This document shows, one piece after another, positions 27,466-36,900 of a stretch of DNA of 51,588 bases (position 1 is the first letter of the stretch; every line of letters begins with the position of its first letter). The notes under the pieces are model-generated. The model saw only the letters and a list, made by a program, of their open reading frames with translations, had not been told where the DNA came from and ran no database searches. The DNA lies in the NCBI GenBank assembly GCA_018651085.1, contig JABIEQ010000017.1:1-51588 (forward strand), read 5' to 3'. The translations under genes and the position numbers were made by a program. Source of the DNA: Candidatus Magasanikiibacteriota bacterium (GTDB lineage Bacteria; Patescibacteriota; Patescibacteriia; Magasanikbacterales; UBA922).

Positions 27466-27494
27466 ATTATATACACTCTTTTGATGTTTGTCAA
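27466..27494 (-). promoter_or_regulatory. Consensus sigma70 promoter for the structured RNA
   Basis: On the minus strand TTGACA is at 27489-27494, the spacer is exactly 17 nt, and TATAAT is at 27466-27471. Confidence 0.6.
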
Positions 27495-27496
27495 TA

Positions 27497-27520
27497 ACAA
27501 AACCCGCATAAAGCGGGCAC
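27497..27520 (-). terminator. Rho-independent terminator after the 493-aa orphan gene
   Basis: On the minus strand CCCGC-tttat-GCGGG is followed by TTTTGTT (stem 27503-27507 / 27513-27517). Confidence 0.7.
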
Positions 27521-27548
27521 TATTTATTCTAAACTTATTACAAATCAT

Positions 27549-29030
27549 CTACTTCTCTTCCCAAACATCACTATTTTCAATGACTTTTTTACAAATATCT
27601 ACAAAATTCTTTATTATATTTCCATCTGCTATATCCCCTTGTATATCATCATATATTTTAAGATCTTCAAGTGCTTCGCCTCCTAATGAGGGCAATACTT
27701 TTACTAGATCTATTAAATCATCCCTTAAGACATTTCCCATCCTTGCTATATTGTCTTCTTTTGAAACGACACGAATACTAGGATCAATATCCCTTACCTC
27801 CAACTCTTTCATTCTTCTAAGCAATATTGTCCATAAGCCAAGATTACAACCATTTAATACTTTATCTCGCATATTAAAACCACCAATATCTCTTGGAAGA
27901 ATATGCTTTGCATCTCCTTTCATTTTTGTTGTAATAACCTTTTTTCTCCATGATGCCATATCATCCATTCCAGCAAATGACATAGGTGATCCATCACTAA
28001 TATCTATCATGCCCGCTCCTTCTACCGTTTCAATTATTCTTTGGATTAAATCACCTTTAGACAAAATCGCAGGATTATCAAAACTTTTTTCTAAAGCTAC
28101 TTCATTAATATGTAAATGTATCATTCGTGTTAATTCATATACACTTCTTGCTTTTCCTAATAAATTTCCTTTATCTTTAGATTCTCTAAATCGTACAACT
28201 CTGTCACGAAATGATTCAAGATCAAGATCAGTAGGAAAATCAGGGTTTATATCTGGCCGAGATGATATATTAAGAGCTGTCCTTTTTAGGCAATCTTTTT
28301 GTAATGCGGCCCTTTCTGGATGATGAATATCAATATCTTCAAAATGCTCTAGTATAAAATGGAACCCTGTCGCGCCTTCACTTTCTTTTTCTAAAAAACT
28401 GGCATTAATTCCAATGTCACCTAACATATCATATAACCTTTTTTCCATGTTTACATCCCATTTTTTTGATGCTATTAACTTTTTTCTTAATTGCTTCCAC
28501 TTTTCATATTGTTCCATTTGAAATGCTATGGCATCTTTTCTTTGATCAATCGTATTTTTTTTTATATCAACTGCATACCTTACGGACAGTACATCCTCTA
28601 CAAAAAGGTGGTCAATAACTCCGACAGCTTCCTCACACAATTGCACTATCCCCCGAAATGCTAGATCTATTTTAGATAGTAATCGTTCTGAACCAGAAGT
28701 ACTTTCTTCTTTATCTAGACTCCACTGTTCATATAGTTCTTCCCATTTTTCTTTTATCTCAAGTAAGGCTACGATATCATACCTTTTATGAGGCATCTCA
28801 GCATCTGTAGCTTTCATTTCCTCCACGTTTTTTTGTATATCTTCTTTACTTTCCTTTAACGCAGCAAAAATATCAAAATTATTTTTGGATTCTATTTTTT
28901 CTTTTATAACTGCAATTTCCTCTCTTCTTTTCTTATTTGGAAATGTTACAGCAGTGTCCTGACCTAACTGTTCTTTTTCGGTATCCACCGTGGGGTCAAC
29001 AATACGGAATCTTTCTGTTCGTCTTTTCAT
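27549..29030 (-). CDS. Hypothetical protein (493 aa, soluble, acidic)
   Basis: This is a long ORF with genome-typical codon usage and its own terminator. I recognise no motif or family. The opposite-strand ORF 27328-28323 is low complexity and is rejected. Confidence 0.6.
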   Translation of the reverse strand: MKRRTERFRIVDPTVDTEKEQLGQDTAVTFPNKKRREEIAVIKEKIESKNNFDIFAALKESKEDIQKNVEEMKATDAEMPHKRYDIVALLEIKEKWEELYEQWSLDKEESTSGSERLLSKIDLAFRGIVQLCEEAVGVIDHLFVEDVLSVRYAVDIKKNTIDQRKDAIAFQMEQYEKWKQLRKKLIASKKWDVNMEKRLYDMLGDIGINASFLEKESEGATGFHFILEHFEDIDIHHPERAALQKDCLKRTALNISSRPDINPDFPTDLDLESFRDRVVRFRESKDKGNLLGKARSVYELTRMIHLHINEVALEKSFDNPAILSKGDLIQRIIETVEGAGMIDISDGSPMSFAGMDDMASWRKKVITTKMKGDAKHILPRDIGGFNMRDKVLNGCNLGLWTILLRRMKELEVRDIDPSIRVVSKEDNIARMGNVLRDDLIDLVKVLPSLGGEALEDLKIYDDIQGDIADGNIIKNFVDICKKVIENSDVWEEK

Positions 29031-29088
29031 ACATGTTTTTTTACAACGTATATTTATAGGTTATGTGCTTATATTTTACTATACCATA

Positions 29089-31170
29089 TTACTCTAAATG
29101 CACCTTTTCTTCCCATTCTTTCATATGCTCATCTAATGATGGATGTTTTTGAAAATCAACTCCTTTAGCGATATCTCTTGCTTTTTTTATCAAATCGCCG
29201 TCTTTCATACTTGCTAGACGAAATTGCTCCATACCGCTTTGATTTACCCCGTATACTTCTCCTGGCCCACGTAAAAGAAGATCATGTTCAGCAACCTTAA
29301 ACCCGTCAGTGTGTTGTTCAAAGAATGACAGTCTCTTTTTAGCATGTTCATTTTCAGCAGTTGTAAATAAAAAACAATATGATTGATGAATACTTCTTCC
29401 AACTCGCCCTCTAAATTGATGGAGTTGTGCTAATCCAAAAGATTCAGCTCCCTCTATAACCATAACACTTGCATTTGGAATGTTTACTCCAACCTCTACG
29501 ACTGATGTTGATACCAATATATCTATGTCCCCTTTTTGGAATTGATTCATGACATCATCTTTATCCGAGGCTTTCATTTTTCCATGCATATAACCTACTC
29601 GTCTATGCTTAAAAATTTGTTCTGACAATTTCTTATGCTCATCAAGTACGGTTTTTTTCTCTGACGCCACCTTCCCCTCTTGAATCAGTGGACAAATAAC
29701 AAAAATCTGCCTTCCTTTTTGAATTTGCTCATCAATAAATGTATAGGCCTTTTGTCTGTTATGTGGATCAGCGACCCTTGTTTTTACAGGCCTTCGTCCT
29801 TCTGGCATTTGTTTAATAATTGAAAGATCTAAATCTCCATATATAGTAAGAGCAAAAGATCTTGGAATTGGTGTTGCACTCATACTTAGAAAATGGGGTG
29901 TCGTATTTTCATCTCCCGATCGATCTTTCATTGATTTTCTTTGCTCTACCCCAAAACGATGTTGTTCGTCTACAATAACAAGATGTAAGCTTTTACATTG
30001 GATTTTATCCGTTAAAAGGGCGTGTGTTCCAATAATAAGATCTACTTCCCCATTATTTATTTTTTGGATAATATCTTCTTTTTTCTTTTTTTTGGATATT
30101 TTTTCTTCCCAAACATAATCTGACAACTCTTGTGCGGTTCTTGTAAAAATGGCAATGGTTTTATCTCCTAATAACTTTTTCATTGAAGAAAAATGCTGTT
30201 TGGCAAGTATTTCTGTTGGTGCCATAAATAATACTTGGCCACCCGCTTCTATTACTCCGTTTGTCACCATAGCAGCAACGACAGTTTTCCCTGAGCCAAC
30301 ATCTCCTTCTAACAATCTATTCATGGGTATAGATTTTTCTATATCCTGAATAATCTCCCAAGCAGCTCTTTTTTGATCATCTGTCAGAGTGAACGGTAAC
30401 GTACTCACAAATGCACTCGCTTTTTCTTTATTAAATGGTACTGACACAGCACTAGACAATTGAATGGCTTGTCTGATCTTTTCTGCACGAAGTTGTAATA
30501 GAAATAGTTCATCAAACTTTAAACGTTTTTCTGCTTGTTTTTGCGCCTCAAGTGTTTCGGGAAAATGTATTCCCTGTATAGCAACATCTAGTGACATGAC
30601 ATTTGCCTGTTTTTGTATAGCCTCAGGAAGCCAATCATCGATATCTTTTGTAATGCCTTGTACTTGTCCAATAAGAAGACGTAATTGTTTTTGTGTGACA
30701 CCTGCTGTGAGTGGATATATTGGTACAATGCGTGCGGTGTGTGTGGTTTCCTTTTCTTCTTGTTCCTTTTCATACATGGGAGAACTCATTTGGATTCCAA
30801 AAATACTTTCAGTTACCTTTCCCGATAAAAATACCGTGTCTCCCACTTTTAATTGTTTACTAATAAAGGGTTGTCCAAACCATACGACTTTGAGTCTATC
30901 TGTTTCATCAGTTACTACGGCTTCTGTAATTATGGTCCTTTTTCTTGGACTTCTTTTACTTTGAATCACCTCAATGACCCCTTTTATAGTTACCTGTTCA
31001 CCATCTTTTAGACTTTCAATTGGCGCAAGGTTACTATAATCTTCATATCTAAAAGGAAAATGATATAACAAATCTGATATTGTTTTAATCTTCAAAGAAG
31101 CTAACCTTTTACTAAGGACGCTTCCTACCCTATGTAATTGTGTAACGGAAGTACTTAGCTTCATATACAA
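29089..31170 (-). CDS. recG: ATP-dependent DNA helicase RecG
   Basis: This is a 693-aa ORF with a TTG start. It has an N-terminal wedge/OB domain and helicase motifs (GDVGSGKT, DEQHRFG, SATPIPRS, QLHQFRGRVGR). Confidence 0.95.
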   Translation of the reverse strand: MYMKLSTSVTQLHRVGSVLSKRLASLKIKTISDLLYHFPFRYEDYSNLAPIESLKDGEQVTIKGVIEVIQSKRSPRKRTIITEAVVTDETDRLKVVWFGQPFISKQLKVGDTVFLSGKVTESIFGIQMSSPMYEKEQEEKETTHTARIVPIYPLTAGVTQKQLRLLIGQVQGITKDIDDWLPEAIQKQANVMSLDVAIQGIHFPETLEAQKQAEKRLKFDELFLLQLRAEKIRQAIQLSSAVSVPFNKEKASAFVSTLPFTLTDDQKRAAWEIIQDIEKSIPMNRLLEGDVGSGKTVVAAMVTNGVIEAGGQVLFMAPTEILAKQHFSSMKKLLGDKTIAIFTRTAQELSDYVWEEKISKKKKKEDIIQKINNGEVDLIIGTHALLTDKIQCKSLHLVIVDEQHRFGVEQRKSMKDRSGDENTTPHFLSMSATPIPRSFALTIYGDLDLSIIKQMPEGRRPVKTRVADPHNRQKAYTFIDEQIQKGRQIFVICPLIQEGKVASEKKTVLDEHKKLSEQIFKHRRVGYMHGKMKASDKDDVMNQFQKGDIDILVSTSVVEVGVNIPNASVMVIEGAESFGLAQLHQFRGRVGRSIHQSYCFLFTTAENEHAKKRLSFFEQHTDGFKVAEHDLLLRGPGEVYGVNQSGMEQFRLASMKDGDLIKKARDIAKGVDFQKHPSLDEHMKEWEEKVHLE

Positions 31171-31196
31171 TTATTGTAGCACAAGCTTTTCTTTTA

Positions 31197-31224
31197 TAAC
31201 AAAACCACCCTTATAGGGGTGGTT
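31197..31224 (-). terminator. Rho-independent terminator after tRNA-Arg
   Basis: On the minus strand ACCACCC-ctataa-GGGTGGT (31204-31223) is followed by TTTTGTT. Confidence 0.7.
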
Positions 31225-31227
31225 TTA

Positions 31228-31302
31228 TGGTGCCCTCACCAGGAATCGAACCTAGACCGATGGCTCCGCAAGCCACTGTTCTATCCGTTAAACTATGAGA
31301 GC
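31228..31302 (-). tRNA. tRNA-Arg (anticodon GCG), CCA encoded
   Basis: Read on the minus strand, the 75-nt sequence GCTCTCATAGTTTAACGGATAGAACAGTGGCTTGCGGAGCCATCGGTCTAGGTTCGATTCCTGGTGAGGGCACCA folds as a cloverleaf. It has a 7-bp acceptor stem (one U.G pair), a D-loop with GG, the anticodon loop TTGCGGA, the T-loop TTCGATT, and a discriminator A plus CCA. Confidence 0.85.
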
Positions 31303-31336
31303 TCTAAAATAGAGGCGAAATGAGTATACCCAAAAT

Positions 31337-31366
31337 AAAAAGAGCCGTCAATACGGTTCTTTTTAA
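31337..31366. terminator. Hairpin terminator after the 167-aa membrane protein gene
   Basis: The stem GAGCCGT (31342-31348) pairs with ACGGTTC (31353-31359) with one G.U pair, flanked by A- and T-runs. Confidence 0.6.
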
Positions 31367-31369
31367 AAT

Positions 31370-31873
31370 TTAATGAATTTTCCAATTTCTTACCCATGCA
31401 TCAGCAATTGGTTCATCTTCTTTTTCAAGATCTTCTGGAAGAAATTCTCTCAGAGAATGTCTTATATCAACGGGATTAAGATCAAGAAGTGGCACACGAA
31501 GAATTGGTCTAAAGATACTTTTCGTATCAAGAAATAATGTTTTTACTCTTGGTGGTGCATAGATAATATAAAAAACATCAAACTCACTGTAAGTATAAAA
31601 TTTACTTCCAATAACAATCCCCAATTCTGTTACTGCAAACTGTACATCTGGAGCATGTTGGTGTGCCTGAAGAAACAATATAATGGCAAATAAAATAATA
31701 ATCAGTGAAAAAATAAAGTTCCCTGTTATTATTCCATAAATAATTAATGCAAGTCCAGCAAGGATTGACACCGCATACCAGCGATTCCCTCTTGCGTGCT
31801 GTTCATATTCTTTTACTCTCCAAGCATAATGGACATCACCAATGATTGTATCTTCCCTAATAGTTTGTGGCAT
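31370..31873 (-). CDS. Hypothetical membrane protein (167 aa, two TM helices)
   Basis: The ORF has the hydrophobic hairpin WYAVSILAGLALIIYGIITGNFIFSLIIILFAIILFL. I recognise no family. Confidence 0.6.
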   Translation of the reverse strand: MPQTIREDTIIGDVHYAWRVKEYEQHARGNRWYAVSILAGLALIIYGIITGNFIFSLIIILFAIILFLQAHQHAPDVQFAVTELGIVIGSKFYTYSEFDVFYIIYAPPRVKTLFLDTKSIFRPILRVPLLDLNPVDIRHSLREFLPEDLEKEDEPIADAWVRNWKIH

Positions 31874-31976
31874 ATCACCCTCAATTTATTGGCTTTTATT
31901 ATACCATATGGGCCATAATTGGGACAATATTGTCGGTTGCGAACTTCCTCCTTTTCCCGTATACTTAGGGACATCT

Positions 31977-33509
31977 ATGCGTAAACATCGGATTAACTTT
32001 CTTGAAGAACATAAAGACCAATATCGTGGTCAACAAAAAAAGGTAAAGGCACATTCACGGCGCCCTTTTTTAATATTACTTGTTATTTTTTTTGTTATTG
32101 GAGCTACTATTGCAACGAAAGCTATTTTTTCTTCTGAAGATCCAACACTTTCTCCTGATGGAGGCCTTGTCCTTACCCCCAAGGAACCAGGGCTTCTCGG
32201 AAAAATTAAATATTTTGTTTTTGGTTCGGGAACAAAGCTTGCTGGAGAAAGAAAAGATCGTATTAATGTGCTACTTCTTGGTATGGGTGGCCCCGGTCAC
32301 GATGGTCCTTATCTTACAGACACTATTATTATTGGAAGTATTAAACCTTCGACAAACGAGGTTGCCATGATTACTATTCCTCGAGACCTTGGCGTTGATA
32401 TTCCTGATTATGGTTGGCAAAAGATTAATCATGCAAATGCTTATGGTGAATCAAAAGGATCAGGTAAAGGTGTGGCGCTTGCAAAAGAAGTCATTGAAGA
32501 TACGTTTGATATTGATATTCACTATCATGTCCGTGTTGATTTTACAGCCTTTCAAGAAATTGTAGGACATGTTGAGGGCCTTACTGTTGATGTCGACCGA
32601 TCATTTGTTGATCCATCGTATCCTGCCCCTCAAGATGAGTTTCAAACGGTTTCTTTTCGTAAAGGTGTCCAAACCATGGATGGTGAAACAGCACTTATAT
32701 TTGCACGATCAAGACACGGAAATAATGGAGAAGGTTCTGACTTTGCTCGTTCACGTAGACAGCTTAAAATTATCCTCGCACTCAAAGATAAAGTCCTTTC
32801 ATTTGAAACATTATTTAGCCCACGAAAAATTCGTAGCATACTAAAATCTCTTAATACACATATTAGTACAAATATGGATTTAACTGATATGTTGCAATTA
32901 AGTTCACTTGCGAAAAATATTAATGCAACAGATATTACGACACTAACCTTAGATAGCGCGGCTGATGGATTTTTACGTAATGGAACTACTTCTAAGGGAT
33001 CATTTATTCTTAGTCCACGTACTGGAAATTTTGAGCAAATCAGCTACACAGTGAAACATATTTTTGACGACAATGTCCGTCTTCGTCTTCCTGTAAGCGC
33101 ACCAAGTCCCACACAAACATCTATTATACCCACCCCACCTAATGAAAATGTAACACCTACCTCTACTCAAAAAGAAGAAGTAGAACCTCTCCAACCAGAA
33201 GAGACGATATTACTTGACGATGTATTTATTGAAGTTCAAAATGGAACTACCCGAGCTGGTCTAGCAGCGAATACAAAAGCGACTCTTCAACAGAACAACT
33301 TTTTTGTTCATAGTGTTGGAAACACAGCTGTTAAACCCATTCCTACGAGTGCAATCTACATTACAGATCCACAGAGTGTAGACCAGGCTATTCGCCTTCT
33401 TCTTACAAATACACTTGATTTACCTATACGATCTACTCTCTTAGAAGGGCTTACCTATAAAGAAGAAACTGATGTCCTTATTGTCTTAGGAGAGAACTTC
33501 ACCCCATAA
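31977..33509 (+). CDS. LytR-CpsA-Psr (LCP) family cell-envelope phosphotransferase with C-terminal LytR_C-like domain
   Basis: The ATG at 31977 gives MRKHRINF... followed by a TM helix. The LCP core is INVLLLGMGGPGHDGPYLTDTIIIGSIKP...VAMITIPRDL...ALIFARSRH. The tracked ORF start at 31842 overlaps the divergent gene and is rejected. Confidence 0.85.
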   Translation: MRKHRINFLEEHKDQYRGQQKKVKAHSRRPFLILLVIFFVIGATIATKAIFSSEDPTLSPDGGLVLTPKEPGLLGKIKYFVFGSGTKLAGERKDRINVLLLGMGGPGHDGPYLTDTIIIGSIKPSTNEVAMITIPRDLGVDIPDYGWQKINHANAYGESKGSGKGVALAKEVIEDTFDIDIHYHVRVDFTAFQEIVGHVEGLTVDVDRSFVDPSYPAPQDEFQTVSFRKGVQTMDGETALIFARSRHGNNGEGSDFARSRRQLKIILALKDKVLSFETLFSPRKIRSILKSLNTHISTNMDLTDMLQLSSLAKNINATDITTLTLDSAADGFLRNGTTSKGSFILSPRTGNFEQISYTVKHIFDDNVRLRLPVSAPSPTQTSIIPTPPNENVTPTSTQKEEVEPLQPEETILLDDVFIEVQNGTTRAGLAANTKATLQQNNFFVHSVGNTAVKPIPTSAIYITDPQSVDQAIRLLLTNTLDLPIRSTLLEGLTYKEETDVLIVLGENFTP

Positions 33510-33573
33510 CCCCCTCTATCCTTGCTTTTTTCCCTTAACTATGCTTAAATAAAGCATTCATAGCTATTATTTT

Positions 33574-34968
33574 ATGCCAACACTTGCTACCCCTACTTCT
33601 ACTAATCTTGCCACAGTTGCTCTGGTGGGTCGTGTTAATGTTGGAAAATCAACAATATTTAATAAACTTACTGAAGATCGTAAGGCGATTATCTCTAAAA
33701 TTCCAGGAACGACGAGAACAAATAATGAAGGACTTATCCTCTGGAGAGGAAAATATGTCCGTCTTATTGATACGGGGGGACTTACCTTTACTGACGATGT
33801 TCCTTTTGAAGAAGATATTCTAGCTCAAAGTGAAAAAGCAATGAAAGAAGCTGATATTATTATATTTGTTGTTGATGCTCAAACAGGAATTTTACCTCAA
33901 GAAAAAGAACTTGCTAAAAGACTCCGTCAGGTAAAAGACACCCCGGTCCTTCTTGTTGCTAATAAAGTTGATAGTAAGCGTTTTCTTATTAGTTCTCGAG
34001 ATCATGAATGGCTTCAACTTGGTCTTGGTGCTCCTATTTCTATTTCGGCTGCTAGCGGACGAAACATTGGAGACTTTCTTGATACTCTTTATACAAAACT
34101 TGGTTCACAAAAACGTCGACCTAAAAATCATGAAATACCAACAGATACTATTCGAATTAGTTTAGTTGGGAAACCTAATGTTGGAAAATCTTCTTTGTTT
34201 AATAAACTTATAGGTGAAGAAAAAGTTATTGTAAGTCCAATTGCTCACACAACACGAGAACCACATGACACTGAAGTTATATACCCTCACAAAGTTGGAA
34301 AAAAGATGCTCAAACAACATATCACCTTTGTTGATACTGCGGGAATTCGTCGTAAAGCAAAAGTACAAGGTCTTTTAGAACGTGCAGGAATCCATAAAAG
34401 TATTGAATCTATTGAAGACTCTAATATGGTGCTTTTTGTTCTTGATGGATCTGAAACTATTTCTTCTCAAGATAAACAACTTGGTGGTCTTGTTGAAAAA
34501 CGAGCTAAAAGTGTCATTATTCTTGTGAATAAATGGGATCTTACTGATGATAATAGTGAACAGAAACAAAAAAAGGTAAGAGAAATGGTATATGCGCACT
34601 TTCCTCATATCGATTTTGCCCCTATTCTTTTTGTAAGTGGAAAAACTGGTCTTCATATCCATAAGATATTTCCAATGATTATGGCTGCGTGGCAAGCACG
34701 GCATACTGAAATTCCAGAAGAAGCACTTGAAGCATTTTTGAAAGGTGCTCTTAAAAAACATCTGCCTTCTCGTGGAAAAGGAACACGACATCCAAAAGTA
34801 TTGGGATTACGTCAAATTGCAACAGGGCCTCCTGTCTTTGAGATGTATATTAAATATAGAACATCTCTTCACCGATCATATGTTCACTTTATTGAACATC
34901 GTCTTCGAGAACAATTTGATTTTCAAGGAAACCCTATTTTGATAAAATTGAGAAAAACTAAACGATAA
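33574..34968 (+). CDS. der: Ribosome-associated GTPase Der (EngA)
   Basis: This is a 464-aa ORF with two tandem G domains (GRVNVGKST...DTGG...NKVD and GKPNVGKSS...DTAG...NKWD) plus a KH-like C-terminus. Confidence 0.95.
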   Translation: MPTLATPTSTNLATVALVGRVNVGKSTIFNKLTEDRKAIISKIPGTTRTNNEGLILWRGKYVRLIDTGGLTFTDDVPFEEDILAQSEKAMKEADIIIFVVDAQTGILPQEKELAKRLRQVKDTPVLLVANKVDSKRFLISSRDHEWLQLGLGAPISISAASGRNIGDFLDTLYTKLGSQKRRPKNHEIPTDTIRISLVGKPNVGKSSLFNKLIGEEKVIVSPIAHTTREPHDTEVIYPHKVGKKMLKQHITFVDTAGIRRKAKVQGLLERAGIHKSIESIEDSNMVLFVLDGSETISSQDKQLGGLVEKRAKSVIILVNKWDLTDDNSEQKQKKVREMVYAHFPHIDFAPILFVSGKTGLHIHKIFPMIMAAWQARHTEIPEEALEAFLKGALKKHLPSRGKGTRHPKVLGLRQIATGPPVFEMYIKYRTSLHRSYVHFIEHRLREQFDFQGNPILIKLRKTKR

Positions 34969-34976
34969 ATCGTTTT

Positions 34977-35528
34977 ATGAAACTCATTGTTGGCCTTGGT
35001 AACCCAGGGACAAAATATGTACGCACTCGTCATAACATTGGTTTTATGGCGCTTGATCGTCTTTGTGAAGAATGGTCTAAAACAAATACCCTTTCTTCTT
35101 GGTCATTGTCACGTAAATTTAATGCTGAAACATGTGGCGGAACTATTAATGGTGTTAAAGTACTTCTTTTAAAACCTACGACCTATATGAACGCCTCTGG
35201 TCAGGCTGTTCAACTAGCCGCACACTTTTACAAAATCCCTCCACGAGATATTATTGTGGTTCATGATGATAAAGATATTCTTCTTGGGACTCTTAAAGTA
35301 CAATTTGAACGAGGGCACGGTGGACATAATGGTATACGTTCAATTATTGATCACTTACACTCAAAATCCTTTCATCGTATTCGTCTTGGTATTGCAAGTA
35401 CAAATCCTAGAAAAATGCAAAATACAGCATCATTTGTTCTTCGCCCATTTGGCCTTCTTGAACGAAAACATGTTCGTCTTCTTATTGAAAAAGCAGAAGA
35501 AGAAATCACTCGACTTATCCAATCATAA
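34977..35528 (+). CDS. pth: Peptidyl-tRNA hydrolase
   Basis: This is a 183-aa ORF with the motifs MKLIVGLGNPG..Y..TRHNIGF and VVHDD...G..K....GGHGGHNG. Confidence 0.95.
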   Translation: MKLIVGLGNPGTKYVRTRHNIGFMALDRLCEEWSKTNTLSSWSLSRKFNAETCGGTINGVKVLLLKPTTYMNASGQAVQLAAHFYKIPPRDIIVVHDDKDILLGTLKVQFERGHGGHNGIRSIIDHLHSKSFHRIRLGIASTNPRKMQNTASFVLRPFGLLERKHVRLLIEKAEEEITRLIQS

Positions 35529-35555
35529 ATACTATTATTTTGATCTTTACGGTAT

Positions 35556-36875
35556 ATGACTTTTGACGACGCGATGCGATTTATCCTTTCTTCATCTAAC
35601 ATTCGTTTTAATCTTCCTTACGTCGAAGCAAAGCAGCACCACCATATTTATATTGATCGTTTACGGTCTTTTTTAGATATATTAGGAAATCCGGAAAGGG
35701 CTATCCCCCACTACATTCATGTTACAGGAACCAGTGGAAAAGGGTCTACCTGTCTTTTTTTGCAGCATATCCTTCACGCTAGCGGTGCCCGTGTTGGAAC
35801 AACCATTTCTCCACATCCTACGCATATCACTGAACGATGGACTGTTGGACTTAATGATATGTCTCAGGAAGATTTCACTCGCATAGTAAAAGAGATGAAA
35901 CCCGCGCTTAATGAACATGCCAGAACATGCCCTCATGGACCTCCTTCTTTTTTTGAAATGACAACGGCGATTGGTCTTTATCACTTTTCTCAAACAACAT
36001 GTGACTGGGGTGTTATTGAAGTTGGCTGTGGCGGGCGTTATGATGGTACAAATGTTATTCCTTATAAAGATGTTGCTATTGTTACGAATGTTGGCCTTGA
36101 TCACACGGCTATTTTAGGGAAAGATAAAGAAACTATTGCGTACGAAAAAATAGGTATTGTAACACCAGGTTCCCAATTATTTACGAATGAACGTGACCCA
36201 AAGATTGCTAATATCCTTTCTTCTGAAACAAAACGCCTTGGTGGGACATATACGAATACTTCTACTCTTGAAGCTTCTATTACTGATCATTCATTTGATG
36301 GTGTTACATTTTCTTTTGAAGACACCTCCTACAAACTTAATGTACTTGGAAAACATCAAGTAGATAATGCCCTCCTTACTATTTCTGCTGCCCGATATGT
36401 TGGTATTTCTGAAGAACATATTGTTGAAGGACTTGAACGTACTACCCTCCCGCTTCGTATGGAGGTTGTATCAAAAGAACCTATCACTATTCTTGATAGT
36501 GCTCATAATGAAGATAAAATATTAAGCACGGTTAACACCCTTCTTTCTCTTAACAAAGATGATGCTCCTATTCATCTTGTGGTTGGTCTTTCTTCCGGAA
36601 AGCATGTTGATGCAATTATTCGTATTCTTACGCGTCTTCAGCCTGCTTCTGTTGCTTGTACGAGAAATACGGTAAATCATATGCGTAAAGTTATTTTTCC
36701 AGCACATATGTGTGAAAAATTTAAAGAATACCTTCCAGGAACACCCATTGAACTGTTTCTTGACCCCATGGATGCTCTTTCTTGGAGTCAGAAACAAGCT
36801 AAAAAATGTGATATACTATTAATCACTGGATCCGTATTTCTCTCAGGAGAACTTCGTCCAACATTGACAATATAA
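35556..36875 (+). CDS. folC: Folylpolyglutamate synthase/dihydrofolate synthase-like Mur-ligase family protein
   Basis: This is a 439-aa ORF with the P-loop HVTGTSGKGST, VIEVGCGGRYDGTN, a LDH motif and a C-terminal Mur ligase domain. Confidence 0.8.
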   Translation: MTFDDAMRFILSSSNIRFNLPYVEAKQHHHIYIDRLRSFLDILGNPERAIPHYIHVTGTSGKGSTCLFLQHILHASGARVGTTISPHPTHITERWTVGLNDMSQEDFTRIVKEMKPALNEHARTCPHGPPSFFEMTTAIGLYHFSQTTCDWGVIEVGCGGRYDGTNVIPYKDVAIVTNVGLDHTAILGKDKETIAYEKIGIVTPGSQLFTNERDPKIANILSSETKRLGGTYTNTSTLEASITDHSFDGVTFSFEDTSYKLNVLGKHQVDNALLTISAARYVGISEEHIVEGLERTTLPLRMEVVSKEPITILDSAHNEDKILSTVNTLLSLNKDDAPIHLVVGLSSGKHVDAIIRILTRLQPASVACTRNTVNHMRKVIFPAHMCEKFKEYLPGTPIELFLDPMDALSWSQKQAKKCDILLITGSVFLSGELRPTLTI

Positions 36876-36900
36876 TCTTTTTTGGTTAGAGTCGACCTCT

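Noticed and set aside
27328-28323. 331-aa plus-strand ORF antisense to the 493-aa gene
   Set aside because: It is low-complexity Ser/Ile/Leu/Phe-rich and starts inside the structured RNA region. It mirrors the Glu/Lys-rich codons of the opposite-strand gene, which has the better coding character and its own terminator.
31171-31369. tRNA-Arg as a possible integration hotspot or island boundary
   Set aside because: There is no integrase, no direct repeat of the tRNA 3' end, and the flanking genes (recG, a membrane protein, LCP) are ordinary chromosomal genes.
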